From the NCBI GenBank assembly GCA_039930045.1, contig JBDSQB010000010.1:18264-82263 (forward strand): DNA of 64,000 nucleotides. The letters are read 5' to 3'. Under the pieces are notes generated by a model. That model searched no databases and was not told the DNA's origin. It worked only from the letters and a program-made list of their open reading frames with translations. Of this stretch, positions 26,751-35,585 are shown in pieces. The stretch is from Chthoniobacterales bacterium (GTDB lineage Bacteria; Verrucomicrobiota; Verrucomicrobiia; Chthoniobacterales; DASVRZ01). A program made the translations under genes and the position numbers. Position 1 is the first letter of the stretch. Every line of letters starts with the position of its first letter.

Positions 26751-27974
26751 ATGTCCACCTCACGCAAAATCATCGTCATCGGCGGGGGAGCCGCGGGTTT
26801 TTTCGGAGCCATTGCGGCGGCAGAAAATGGCGCATCGGTCACGTTGCTGGAGCGCGGTTCGCACTTTCTCTCGAAGGTGCGCATCTCGGGCGGCGGACGT
26901 TGCAATGTGACTCATGCCTGCTTCGATCCGCGCGAACTTTCGACGCGTTATCCGCGCGGTGGACGGGCGCTGATCGGGCCATTTAATCGTTTCCAATCGC
27001 GCGACACGATGGAGTGGTTTGAAAGCCGGGGCGCGGCGTTGAAGATCGAGAACGATGGACGCGTTTTCCCCGTCAGCGACTCCTCGCAAACGATCATCGA
27101 CACGCTGATGAATGCCGCGCAAAACGCCGGAGTCGTCTGCCGCCTGCATGGCGATGTGACTCGACTGAAAAAAAACGCGGGCGAGTTCCATGCGACTCTG
27201 GCGAATGGCGAAATTTTAGTTGCCGACAGAGTTTTGCTGGCAGCCGGAGGAACGCGAGCCGCCAGTGTGGGAAAACTGGCAGCGGAGTTAGGTCACACTC
27301 TGGCCTCGGCGATCCCGTCGCTGTTCACCTTTGAAATTCACGTCCCGTGGTTGCGCGATATTCCGGGCGTGGTTGCGGAAGTCGAGGCCAGCATTCCGGC
27401 TGTCGGATTGCGCGAACGCGGGCCGATGTTAGTCACGCACTGGGGCGGCAGCGGACCGTCGATTTTGCGGTTGTCGGCCTGGGGTGCCCGCGGTTTGGCG
27501 GAGCTGGATTATCAGTTTCCGTTGTTCATCAACTGGCTCGGCGGCGCGAGTCGCGAGGATATTTCCAATCGACTAACATCGTTACGCGAGAAACATCCGG
27601 CCAAGCAAGTAACCGGACTTCCGCCCGCGCCTTTGCCTGCCCGGCTTTGGGAAAAACTAACCTCGCTGGCAGAGGTCGCGCCGGGGACGACTTGGAATCG
27701 ACTCCCGCGTGCGCAGACGCAGAAACTGATCGAACTGCTCCATCGCACCGAACTGCCGGTGACGGGCAAAAGCCTAAACAAGGACGAATTCGTCACGTGC
27801 GGCGGCGTGGTTTTGCCCGAGGTGGATTTCCGCACGATGGAGAGCCGCGTGTGTCCCGGACTCCACTTGGCCGGGGAAATCCTCGACATCGACGGCATCA
27901 CCGGCGGTTACAATTTTCAGGCGGCCTGGACGACCGGCCATATCGCTGGAACCGCGCTGGCGGCGACGAGTTAG
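26751..27974 (+). CDS. HI0933/BaiN-family FAD-dependent oxidoreductase (aminoacetone oxidase family flavoprotein)
   Basis: N-terminal IIVIGGGAAGFFGAIAAAENG GxGxxG and GGGRCNVTH motif typical of the family. Confidence 0.8.
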   Translation: MSTSRKIIVIGGGAAGFFGAIAAAENGASVTLLERGSHFLSKVRISGGGRCNVTHACFDPRELSTRYPRGGRALIGPFNRFQSRDTMEWFESRGAALKIENDGRVFPVSDSSQTIIDTLMNAAQNAGVVCRLHGDVTRLKKNAGEFHATLANGEILVADRVLLAAGGTRAASVGKLAAELGHTLASAIPSLFTFEIHVPWLRDIPGVVAEVEASIPAVGLRERGPMLVTHWGGSGPSILRLSAWGARGLAELDYQFPLFINWLGGASREDISNRLTSLREKHPAKQVTGLPPAPLPARLWEKLTSLAEVAPGTTWNRLPRAQTQKLIELLHRTELPVTGKSLNKDEFVTCGGVVLPEVDFRTMESRVCPGLHLAGEILDIDGITGGYNFQAAWTTGHIAGTALAATS

Positions 27975-28960
27975 GGAGCTTTCGGCGCGGTGTTGGGGTA
28001 GGCGGCTTTTACACGCTGCATCTCCGCGGCGCTGATCGGCAGGACCGAGCCGTGGCGAAATTTGTAGGGGAAATGGGCCTCCGTCAGCGCGGTGAACTGA
28101 CCGGCCTTCAAGTCCTTCGTGACGTAGGGCTGATAGCCCTGGCCGCGGCTGTAATAATCGAGGAGCAGGCACCATGTCGCGGGCTGGCCAGGTTGAGCGG
28201 CGGGCTTCATCACGAAGCAAGTGGGGCCTTCGTAACCGCGCAAAGTGCCAAGTGAGAATGACGATTGCTCAGTCCACGGTCCCATGACTTTGGTGCTGGT
28301 CTCGGCGATGATGGCCTTGGATTTTTCGTCCTTGGAGAAACGATAATACTGGCCGTTTTCGCGGACGATGGTGGTGTCGATGATGTCGCTCTCTTTTTCG
28401 ATGTAGATGAAGGGCTTGCCGAAGGTGATGAAATCCGTGGTGCGCGCCGCCCAGATGCGGTGCTTGGCGAAGTGGTCGCTGCCAGTTTTCGACGCCCAGA
28501 AGACGAGGTAATCCTTCGTTTCTGGATCATAAACCGCCTCGGGTGCCCAGGTGCAGCCGGCGTCCCCGGGAGCGACCGGCACGAGGCGCGGCTCGGACCA
28601 ATGCACGAGGTCGTTGGATTCCCAAATGACGAGCGACCGGCTGCCTTTCTGGGTGGCGCGAGTCCAATCGCGATGGAGGTTAATCGAGAGGTCGGTAGCG
28701 AGAATGAAGAATTTTTTCCCGTCGGCGGACCGCATAATGAAGGGATCACGCACGCCTTTTTCGCCAAGCTGGCTGACCAGCACGGGCTCGCCGCCGTTGG
28801 TCTGCTCCCATTGGAGTCCGTCCGAACTGGTGCCGAAATAGATTTGTTCGGTCATGGGGCTGGCCTCGCCTTTGAAAGTGACGAAGAGAAACCCGCCTTC
28901 GGCGGCACGTGCGGCAGTGCTGGAGACAGCGAGAACGAGGAGGAGCAGGAGTCTTTTCAT
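27971..28960 (-). CDS. secreted glycoside hydrolase, GH43-like five-bladed beta-propeller
   Basis: Signal peptide MKRLLLLLVLAVSSTAARA. VRDPFIMRSADGKKFFILATD and WAPEAVYDPETKDYLVFWA motifs. Confidence 0.55.
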   Translation of the reverse strand: MKRLLLLLVLAVSSTAARAAEGGFLFVTFKGEASPMTEQIYFGTSSDGLQWEQTNGGEPVLVSQLGEKGVRDPFIMRSADGKKFFILATDLSINLHRDWTRATQKGSRSLVIWESNDLVHWSEPRLVPVAPGDAGCTWAPEAVYDPETKDYLVFWASKTGSDHFAKHRIWAARTTDFITFGKPFIYIEKESDIIDTTIVRENGQYYRFSKDEKSKAIIAETSTKVMGPWTEQSSFSLGTLRGYEGPTCFVMKPAAQPGQPATWCLLLDYYSRGQGYQPYVTKDLKAGQFTALTEAHFPYKFRHGSVLPISAAEMQRVKAAYPNTAPKAP

Positions 28961-28973
28961 GGGTGGGGAATGG

Positions 28974-29954
28974 TTAGGAAAGGCGGGCTGATTGGTCAAT
29001 GAGCTTCTGGATTTTTTTGCCGGGCCGCGCGTAGGAAGGATAATTTTCCACGCCTTCGGGGCGATAGCGCCAGTGCTTGTAATTCCAGAGCCAGCACTCG
29101 GGGCGCTCGCGGATGCCGGCTTCCAAAACGTCCCAGCAGCGCTGGGTGGTTTGTTGCTCGGAAGCCGACGGATCAGGGCGCGTTTCCTCCAGAAAACGGA
29201 ATTCGTAGCGGCCATTTTCGATGGGCAAAAAGAGCAGCGGAACGAGACGCGCCTCCGCCATTTGACTCAAAGTCACATGGACGCCGGTGACGTATTTCTT
29301 CATCCCAAAGGCTTCGACGAGGTGTCCGGGCTGGTCGAGTTTGAGCGTGAGATCGACGAGGAAGCCGCAGGTCTTGCCGCGCTTGAGAGCCTTCAACATC
29401 CGCAGAACCGCGCGTTCCTGGGGAATCAATTGCGACCCAAATGAAGAGCGAGCCGCCACGAAAAACGGGGTGATCTCCGGGTTCTTGATGTCTTGCGCGA
29501 TGGCCAGCGGCGGCAACCCGAGCAGGCAAAGCGTCGGCGGCAGCCACTCGAAATTTCCCAGGTGGCCGCCGTAGAAAAGACAGCCCTGGCCGGGTTTTCC
29601 CTGCGCCAAAAAGGAATCGAACCCGCGCACATCGATCAGTTCCCGAAAGTTTTCCGCGCTGAGATTTCGCACCCAGAAAAGATCGAGAAAGGTCCGCGCC
29701 AGATTGCGAAAGGAGAGCCGCGCGATGCGCTCGCGTTCACCCGGCAGATAGCGATCCCCGAAGGCGGCGGTAAGATTTTCCAAGGCGACTTTGCGTCCGC
29801 GATGATCGAGACCGAAGACGAGATCGCCCGCGAAATCGGCCAGTGATAACAATGCGACCCGGCTCAGTTTTGGGACCAACGCCACGAAGATTCGCATCCC
29901 GGCCACCTCCAGCCTTTGGCGAATTGTCTTCCATAAACGGCGCATGTCAGCCAT
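28974..29954 (-). CDS. lysophospholipid/lipid A biosynthesis acyltransferase (LpxL/HtrB family)
   Basis: N-terminal TM, HLGNFEW (HxxxxD/E acyltransferase motif variant). ~320 aa, typical of the family. Confidence 0.7.
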   Translation of the reverse strand: MADMRRLWKTIRQRLEVAGMRIFVALVPKLSRVALLSLADFAGDLVFGLDHRGRKVALENLTAAFGDRYLPGERERIARLSFRNLARTFLDLFWVRNLSAENFRELIDVRGFDSFLAQGKPGQGCLFYGGHLGNFEWLPPTLCLLGLPPLAIAQDIKNPEITPFFVAARSSFGSQLIPQERAVLRMLKALKRGKTCGFLVDLTLKLDQPGHLVEAFGMKKYVTGVHVTLSQMAEARLVPLLFLPIENGRYEFRFLEETRPDPSASEQQTTQRCWDVLEAGIRERPECWLWNYKHWRYRPEGVENYPSYARPGKKIQKLIDQSARLS

Positions 29955-31005
29955 TCATTCGCCTGAAATTCGCACGATGCACAAGGAAAAGCTCATTCGC
30001 CTCACTCGATCCATCCTTTCGCAACCCACCGCGCCGTTTCACGAGGACAAGGTGAAGGCCGAGATTCGGGTGCAACTCGAAAAGCTGCGTTCCGTAACTG
30101 TGCAGGAGGACGCCTTTGGCAACCTAATCGTGCGCTACAACCACGGGAAATCGCGCACGCGCTACGCCTTCAGCGTTCACATGGATCATCCGGGCTGGGT
30201 GCAAAAACCCGGCGCGCCTGCGGGCGAAATGACCTTTCTCGGCGGTGTGAAAAAGGAGTATCTCGACAAGGGAACCGTGCAGTCTTTTGGGAAATTTGGC
30301 ATGTGGAATATCCCGGCCTTCGATGTGAAGGACGACAAAATTTACGGTCGCGCCTGCGATGATTTGATCGGCTGCGCGGCGATGATCGCGATGCTTTCCG
30401 ACCTGGAGGAAAACGCCGTCGTGGCCAATGTGCTGGTGTTTTTTACCCGGGCTGAGGAGGTCGGATTTCTCGGGGCGATTCATCTCGCGAAGTCGCGTCA
30501 TGTGCTGAAAAACATCACGCTGCTATCCATCGAGACGAGCGCGGAAGTGCCGCCTGCGAAGATGGGCGCGGGGCCCATCGTGCGCGTGGGCGACCGGTCG
30601 TCGATTTTCGATCCCGAGGTTACCCTGCAACTCACCCAGCTCGCCCGGAAACACAAAATCCCGCACCAGCGCTGCCTCATGTCGGGCGGCACCTGCGAGG
30701 GCACGGCGTATCAGAATTTCGGCATTCGCACCGGCGCACTTTGCATCGCATTGGGCAACTACCACAACTGCGGCCAGAGCATGAATATCGCCCGCGAATA
30801 CGTTTCCCTGAGCGACATGATCGGGCTGATCGAATTGTGCGTCTCTCTGGTCTCGGAAGTCCCCGCGCCAAACACCTTTCACAAAGACATGCGCCGCGAC
30901 CTCGAGCAGAACAGCCGCAATTATGAGCCCTACTACGTGCCCGAGCCGGTGCCGTTGAAAAGAGCGGCAGCGAAAAAACCCGTGGTCAAGAAACGGGCTC
31001 GATAA
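29944..31005 (+). CDS. M42/M20-like metallopeptidase (aminopeptidase/FrvX-like)
   Basis: HMDHPGW, GRACDDLIGCAAM and TRAEEVGFLGA metal-ligand-like motifs. Lys-rich C-terminal tail. Confidence 0.5.
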   Translation: MSAIHSPEIRTMHKEKLIRLTRSILSQPTAPFHEDKVKAEIRVQLEKLRSVTVQEDAFGNLIVRYNHGKSRTRYAFSVHMDHPGWVQKPGAPAGEMTFLGGVKKEYLDKGTVQSFGKFGMWNIPAFDVKDDKIYGRACDDLIGCAAMIAMLSDLEENAVVANVLVFFTRAEEVGFLGAIHLAKSRHVLKNITLLSIETSAEVPPAKMGAGPIVRVGDRSSIFDPEVTLQLTQLARKHKIPHQRCLMSGGTCEGTAYQNFGIRTGALCIALGNYHNCGQSMNIAREYVSLSDMIGLIELCVSLVSEVPAPNTFHKDMRRDLEQNSRNYEPYYVPEPVPLKRAAAKKPVVKKRAR

Positions 31006-31009
31006 CGAT

Positions 31010-32992
31010 CTAACTCGGCTCAGTTTTCGTCGGCTCGGAATGTTTCGGACGGGCCGGTTTCGGCTCGGCGATGTGCATCCCGCTCTTTTCGGAAACGAGC
31101 AGACTGAGCAAGGTTTGCAGCAAACCAGACTGGCCTCCTTCGCCGTCTTTTCCGCCGGAAATGAAGACGCGCTCAGGCACGAGCGGCTGCGTGGAATTCG
31201 CAAACCGCTCCGAGAGATCGCGCAGCGCAAACAAACGAGGATCGCCGTAAGCCTTGATCTTTTCCTGAAACACACTGGCCTCGGCCAGACCGACTTGCGT
31301 GATCTTCGCGGCCTCGCCCTCACCTTCCAGTCGCTGGGCTTTGGCGCGGCCCTCGGCCAGTGTGATGTCGCGTTTGGCCATGCGCTGCGCCTCGGCGAGC
31401 TGGGCTTCGGCGCGGTTGGCGGCGACTTCGATTTCGACCTTCGACTGCGTAAGTTCGGCTTGTTTTCCAGCGACCGCCTCGGCTTCCTTCAGCGCCTTGA
31501 GATGGACGGCGGCCTCCTGCTGTTTGGAATAGGTCTCGCGCTGTTCCTCGGCGAGACGGCGGATGCGAAGTTGATCAAAAAGCTTCTCAATCGGATCGTT
31601 GCCAATGTCCTGCGCCCGCGTCTCGGGACGACCGATGAGCACAGCGACGCAGTTGATGTCGAATTCCTGGAAACGACGGCTCAACTCAGTTGTGGCGCTC
31701 TTCTGAATTTCTTCCCGGTGCGTGAGCAGTTCCAGCATGGTCGAGCTCTGCGCCACATCGCGGAAATACGCGGTGAGAATCGGGTCGAGTGTCTGTGTGA
31801 TGAGCCGTTTCACATCGCCGAAACGCTGCACGACCGAGGGCGCTTTTTGGTAATCAATGTGGAGCACAAGACTCAGCGGCAGGAGTGGCTCGTAGCCATC
31901 GGCAGTGATGATCTCAATGGTGGCCAACTGGTCGTCGTAACGATGGTTTTCGCTTTGCCCAGTAATCCAGCGGAGCACGAAATTCACCGTGGGGACGAGT
32001 TCGATTTTTACCGCGTAAGGATTGAGCGGATATTTTCCCGGCGTCAGCGCCTGTTTCCAGACACCTTTCTCCCCCGGATTCACCTGTTCGCCGTAGCGAA
32101 AAGTATCGCCCGTGGTGTCGCTGCCGACGCCGCCGTAGTAGGAAACCACCACGCCCACGTAGCCGATCGGGATGAGTGTTTTCTGACCCAGCTCAATCGT
32201 GGCAAACCAGCGGTTGATGAAAAATGTGCCGTCTGTCAGCACCTGCAACTGGCGTCCACGGCAGCCGCCGTTCGCGAGAAACGTCTCCGCGTTTTGGAAA
32301 TAATTGTGATCCGCCGCAATCGCTGGCGCAATGATGTCGCCCGCCGGAATCGTCGGTCCATCCTGCACTGACACGACTCCGATCATGTCCACGGGCTCGT
32401 TGTCGCGCATTACGCCGCCACCGATCACCACCGGACGGTAACCGCCCACCTTGGCGAGCTCCTGCTGCCACTGCGGATAGGTGCCGTTTTCCTCCATGGA
32501 ATAAATCGCCGTCTCCGTCAGCACGACAAAGAGCCCGGTGTTGATCGCATACACGCCCTCACGCAGGATCGCCCGCTGGCGTCCGCGCTGACCGCCCTTT
32601 TCGAGAAACGCATCGGCCTCTTGAAAGTGATTGCACTGGACCGTGGCACCTAGGGTTTGCGTGGCTTCGAGCGGCGCGCCATCCTTCGCATACACGTAGC
32701 CGATGCGCCCCTCGGCCACCGTCACCAGCGGCGCGCGATGAATGCGATATTGCCACGGCACGAGACCGAAATGCAGCCCGCCACGCAGCAATCGGCTCTG
32801 CACACCGGCCTCGCCTTCCGTCGCAATAATTCGCCCCTCGGCCAGCGAACCGCGCGCACTCCAGAGTTTTTCAATAATGCCGACCGACGTGTGCGGAATG
32901 TAAACCACCCCGAGCAGCCGGGGCAGAAAGACGAGCACCGCGATGCCAAAGAGAGCGATGCTCGCCCAGATAATAATGTGAGTCGTGTCCAT
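31010..32992 (-). CDS. SPFH/band-7 domain protein, flotillin-like (YqiK-like)
   Basis: N-terminal TM, SPFH region, long Ala/Glu-rich coiled coil (QLAEAQRMAKRDITLAEGRAKAQRLEGEGEAAKITQ). Confidence 0.75.
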   Translation of the reverse strand: MDTTHIIIWASIALFGIAVLVFLPRLLGVVYIPHTSVGIIEKLWSARGSLAEGRIIATEGEAGVQSRLLRGGLHFGLVPWQYRIHRAPLVTVAEGRIGYVYAKDGAPLEATQTLGATVQCNHFQEADAFLEKGGQRGRQRAILREGVYAINTGLFVVLTETAIYSMEENGTYPQWQQELAKVGGYRPVVIGGGVMRDNEPVDMIGVVSVQDGPTIPAGDIIAPAIAADHNYFQNAETFLANGGCRGRQLQVLTDGTFFINRWFATIELGQKTLIPIGYVGVVVSYYGGVGSDTTGDTFRYGEQVNPGEKGVWKQALTPGKYPLNPYAVKIELVPTVNFVLRWITGQSENHRYDDQLATIEIITADGYEPLLPLSLVLHIDYQKAPSVVQRFGDVKRLITQTLDPILTAYFRDVAQSSTMLELLTHREEIQKSATTELSRRFQEFDINCVAVLIGRPETRAQDIGNDPIEKLFDQLRIRRLAEEQRETYSKQQEAAVHLKALKEAEAVAGKQAELTQSKVEIEVAANRAEAQLAEAQRMAKRDITLAEGRAKAQRLEGEGEAAKITQVGLAEASVFQEKIKAYGDPRLFALRDLSERFANSTQPLVPERVFISGGKDGEGGQSGLLQTLLSLLVSEKSGMHIAEPKPARPKHSEPTKTEPS

Positions 32993-33235
32993 GGGATTAT
33001 TTTTTTAGAAAGCCGCAGTTGGTTAGTTAGAGGAGTCGGAAGGTGAGGCTGCCGCGAGAATGAGCCTGCTGCGGCGAATGTCGAGCCAAGCCGCGATTCT
33101 TCGCCCGCCCTCAAGACAACCCGCCCAAGGAGAAACAAGGCGACGTGTCCACTTGGGATCAACCCGAATCCGGCGCTCGCCCGGGCAGCCGTTAAGCACT
33201 CAAGCGCCGCCGACGGTGATGGAGAACAAAAACCA

Positions 33236-33784
33236 TCACGGGGCAACGAAGGCAGGGAGGCCGTCGATGCTCTGACGATTCTTGAGTTCTCGATAAGTAT
33301 CGAGCCCGTCCGGGCCTTTGTTGAGAGCCCAGCGGTCCAGCGTGTCGCGTTGACCTTGGAACTCATAGAGCGGCCCGCTGTAGCCGCAGGAATCCGACAC
33401 CCGCGACACCGCTACATGCACAATCGCCCGCGTACCGGGATTCTCTGGAAAGAGCGCCGCCAACTCTTCAAACCGTGCATCGCCCCGCGCGATCACCGAG
33501 CCGCGCCCGTGCAAACGCACAATCTGCGGTGGTCCATCGAAGGCACAAAACATCACTACGATGCGCCCGTTCTCGCGCAGATGCGCCGCCGTCTCAGCGC
33601 CACTGCCCGTGTAGTCCAGATAAGCCACCTCCAGCGGCCCGAGCACCCGGAAAGTATCGCCGCCCTTGGGTGAGACATTGATGTGGCCGTCAGGAGAAAG
33701 TGGTGCCGTGGCGACAAAGAAAACGCGCTGCCTGGCCATCCAGTCAGCGAGTTCGGTATTAATCTGCGCGTGTTGCTTGCTCAT
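33236..33784 (-). CDS. pyridoxamine 5'-phosphate oxidase-like FMN-binding protein
   Basis: VFFVATAPLSPDGHINVSPKGG split-barrel motif. Confidence 0.7.
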   Translation of the reverse strand: MSKQHAQINTELADWMARQRVFFVATAPLSPDGHINVSPKGGDTFRVLGPLEVAYLDYTGSGAETAAHLRENGRIVVMFCAFDGPPQIVRLHGRGSVIARGDARFEELAALFPENPGTRAIVHVAVSRVSDSCGYSGPLYEFQGQRDTLDRWALNKGPDGLDTYRELKNRQSIDGLPAFVAP

Positions 33785-33814
33785 GGTAGGTGAAATGTAT
33801 GGCAAACTATCGCA

Positions 33815-34207
33815 TCATGGACGGTTTTTCGGAAGCACTCGCTTCCTCGTTTCCAAACTGTCAATAGAGCTGACTCCCTCGTTCCCAAACTGAAGTTTGG
33901 GAACGAGTTGATTCATTAACCACTCGCGCCCTTCCAGCTTCACCTGTTCGAGAAGTACTAACGACGTGTGCCGTTTGATAGCCGTAATCGTCCTCTCCAA
34001 CTCCGGTCCTCCTAATATCGCGTGAAAGTGCGTATCGAGGACGACCCATGCGTAAATCTTCAACCCCCGTTGCTCGCGACAATGCACCAGCGAGCTAACC
34101 AAAATATCCGCACAAGCACTTGTCGCGAAAACCGGGAGCCAATTTACAATCGTGCCCGTGATGAAATGGGCGCGCTCTGGGTCGTTAATGTGATAACGCG
34201 TGCGCAT
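33815..34207 (-). pseudogene. REP-associated tyrosine transposase (RayT / IS200-like HuH Y1 transposase), apparently C-terminally truncated
   Basis: IYAWVVLDTHFHAIL closely matches the RayT HuH block (E. coli YafM INAWVVLPEHMHCIW). There is no Tyr anywhere after residue 52, so the catalytic Y block is missing. The frame runs into a REP-like palindrome. Confidence 0.6.
33876..33907. repeat. REP-like palindromic element, copy L (13-bp stem, tgaa loop)
   Basis: ccctcgttcccaaacTGAAgtttgggaacgag. Confidence 0.8.
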
Positions 34208-34266
34208 AATGTTAGTAAGAGAAGGTTAGCAGGGCAACACAGTTGCCGTGACAAGCCCGTTCCCAA

Positions 34267-34299
34267 ACTTCAGTTTGGGAACGAGGGGCACGAGGGACC
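34267..34299. repeat. REP-like palindromic element, copy R, inverted relative to copy L (30/30 identity to its reverse complement)
   Basis: cccgttcccaaacTTCAgtttgggaacgagggg. The loop orientation is flipped relative to copy L. Confidence 0.8.
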
Positions 34300-34354
34300 C
34301 AGCCACCGCTGGTTCCTAACACACCGGCAGAATAAAGCAGTTGGCCTTTCTTCC

Positions 34355-35056
34355 CTACGGTGCCACCGGAGGAGTGGGATTCTCCTCAGCATCGTCTTCC
34401 GCGTGGCCGCCGCCTAGATCGACGATCAGGCGGGCACTCGTGTAGGCGTTAAAGAACTCCGGGTTCTTCCGCTTAAACTTTCGCATCGCCTTGTCGATCT
34501 GCTTCTTGAGTAACGTCATTGCGCTCGCTGTATCGAGCCCGATGTCGCCCGTCACCCCTTTGCCAGCCACGATCGCCTGTCGAGGAGCCGTCGCCAGGGG
34601 GAGGTAAACCGTGATCGCCGCATCCAGTTCGGCCAGGTCCTCCGCCGTCGTGCCCAGCAGATCGATGTCCGCCGCACGGGCCAGACAGAGATCATAGAGC
34701 GTGCGGCAATACGGGCCCACCAAGGCGTCATCCATGCGGAGCAACGTCGTTAGCTCCACATCCGTCTTTGCGGCCAGCTCATCATCCTGCGCCGTCACCG
34801 CCACCGTGTGGAGATCGCCCACCGCCGACACGGTCAACTCCGCCATCTCGATCTGCTTGCGGCTTTTGCCACCGGCGATGCCCGTCTGCGGTGTCCCTTG
34901 CACGCCACTCGCATCCTGAATCGACTTCACGAGAGCGCCGAGTTGCGTCACCAGCGCGGCAAACGCCGTCAGCGACACCCATTGGGCGTTGTATTTCTGC
35001 ATGATGCCGAGCACGGCGAGAAACATGCTGAGTTTGTTTTTCTGTGGATTTGTCAT
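34355..35056 (-). CDS. hypothetical protein (orphan, no recognisable motifs)
   Basis: 233-aa ORF with coding-like composition, lying between the REP/RayT element and the 21-bp repeat array. Confidence 0.5.
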   Translation of the reverse strand: MTNPQKNKLSMFLAVLGIMQKYNAQWVSLTAFAALVTQLGALVKSIQDASGVQGTPQTGIAGGKSRKQIEMAELTVSAVGDLHTVAVTAQDDELAAKTDVELTTLLRMDDALVGPYCRTLYDLCLARAADIDLLGTTAEDLAELDAAITVYLPLATAPRQAIVAGKGVTGDIGLDTASAMTLLKKQIDKAMRKFKRKNPEFFNAYTSARLIVDLGGGHAEDDAEENPTPPVAP

Positions 35057-35164
35057 ATACCGCCCGTGTCCAAGCAGAGCGTGAGCCAGTTCAACCGCAA
35101 TCGTTCAAAACACCGCCTTGGCGTGAAGATTTCTCACTTTATCACCCAAAAATTCGGTTTGCAG

Positions 35165-35416
35165 AGGCTTATGTCTGATCGCACGAAGCGTATGTTCCAC
35201 TTTGAGACCGCCATGCGCCGCAGTGAGGGCGGCAGGATCGACAGTGGATTGCGTATGTTTGCCTTCACTGCGCAAATGTCACCAATGCAAAGCCGTATGT
35301 TTGACCTCACCTGCTGTATGTTTGGGTGAGAGCAGCCTATGTTTCACTTGCAGGCCGGTATGTTTGGGTTGCAGAGCCCTATGTTTGGGTGAGAGACGGG
35401 TATGTGTGGCTAAATG
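35165..35416. repeat. array of 12 direct repeats with exact 21-bp phasing, core TATGTTT (iteron/centromere-like or cooperative regulator binding array)
   Basis: TATGT cores at 35170, 35191, 35254, 35296, 35317, 35338, 35359, 35380 and 35401, with degenerate cores (CATGC, CAGGA, AATGT) at the intervening 21-bp steps 35212, 35233 and 35275. Example units tgctgTATGTttgggtgagag and agcccTATGTttgggtgagag. Confidence 0.8.
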
Positions 35417-35585
35417 GCTGCTATTTCAAGGTAATGGCAGACGGACCTGCTAAACGCACGGCTCGGAAGGGCTTTATGGATCAAGTGACGAGGTTATTGT
35501 TTTTCCTTCCAGTTGTTCACTAGCCTATCATGGGTTTCTTTTGCACAGAACCCAGCGCCATCTCTAACGGTCACTCCTTAAATCT

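Noticed and set aside
33000-33235. Possible riboswitch or sRNA in the 244-bp gap between the flotillin-like and PNPOx-like genes, and a Moco riboswitch upstream of modA
   Set aside because: I could not recognise any conserved riboswitch core. The modA upstream region (~100 bp shared with a divergent gene) is too short for a Moco element
35165-35416. Possible CRISPR array, or a coding Cys-rich heptad-repeat peptide (ORF 35202..35453), or the YVWV-repeat ORF 35326..35523
   Set aside because: The period is 21 bp with no unique spacers, so it is not CRISPR. All three frames give repeated peptides, as any 21-bp repeat must. Sequence variation between units is not codon-periodic, so a non-coding binding-site array is favoured
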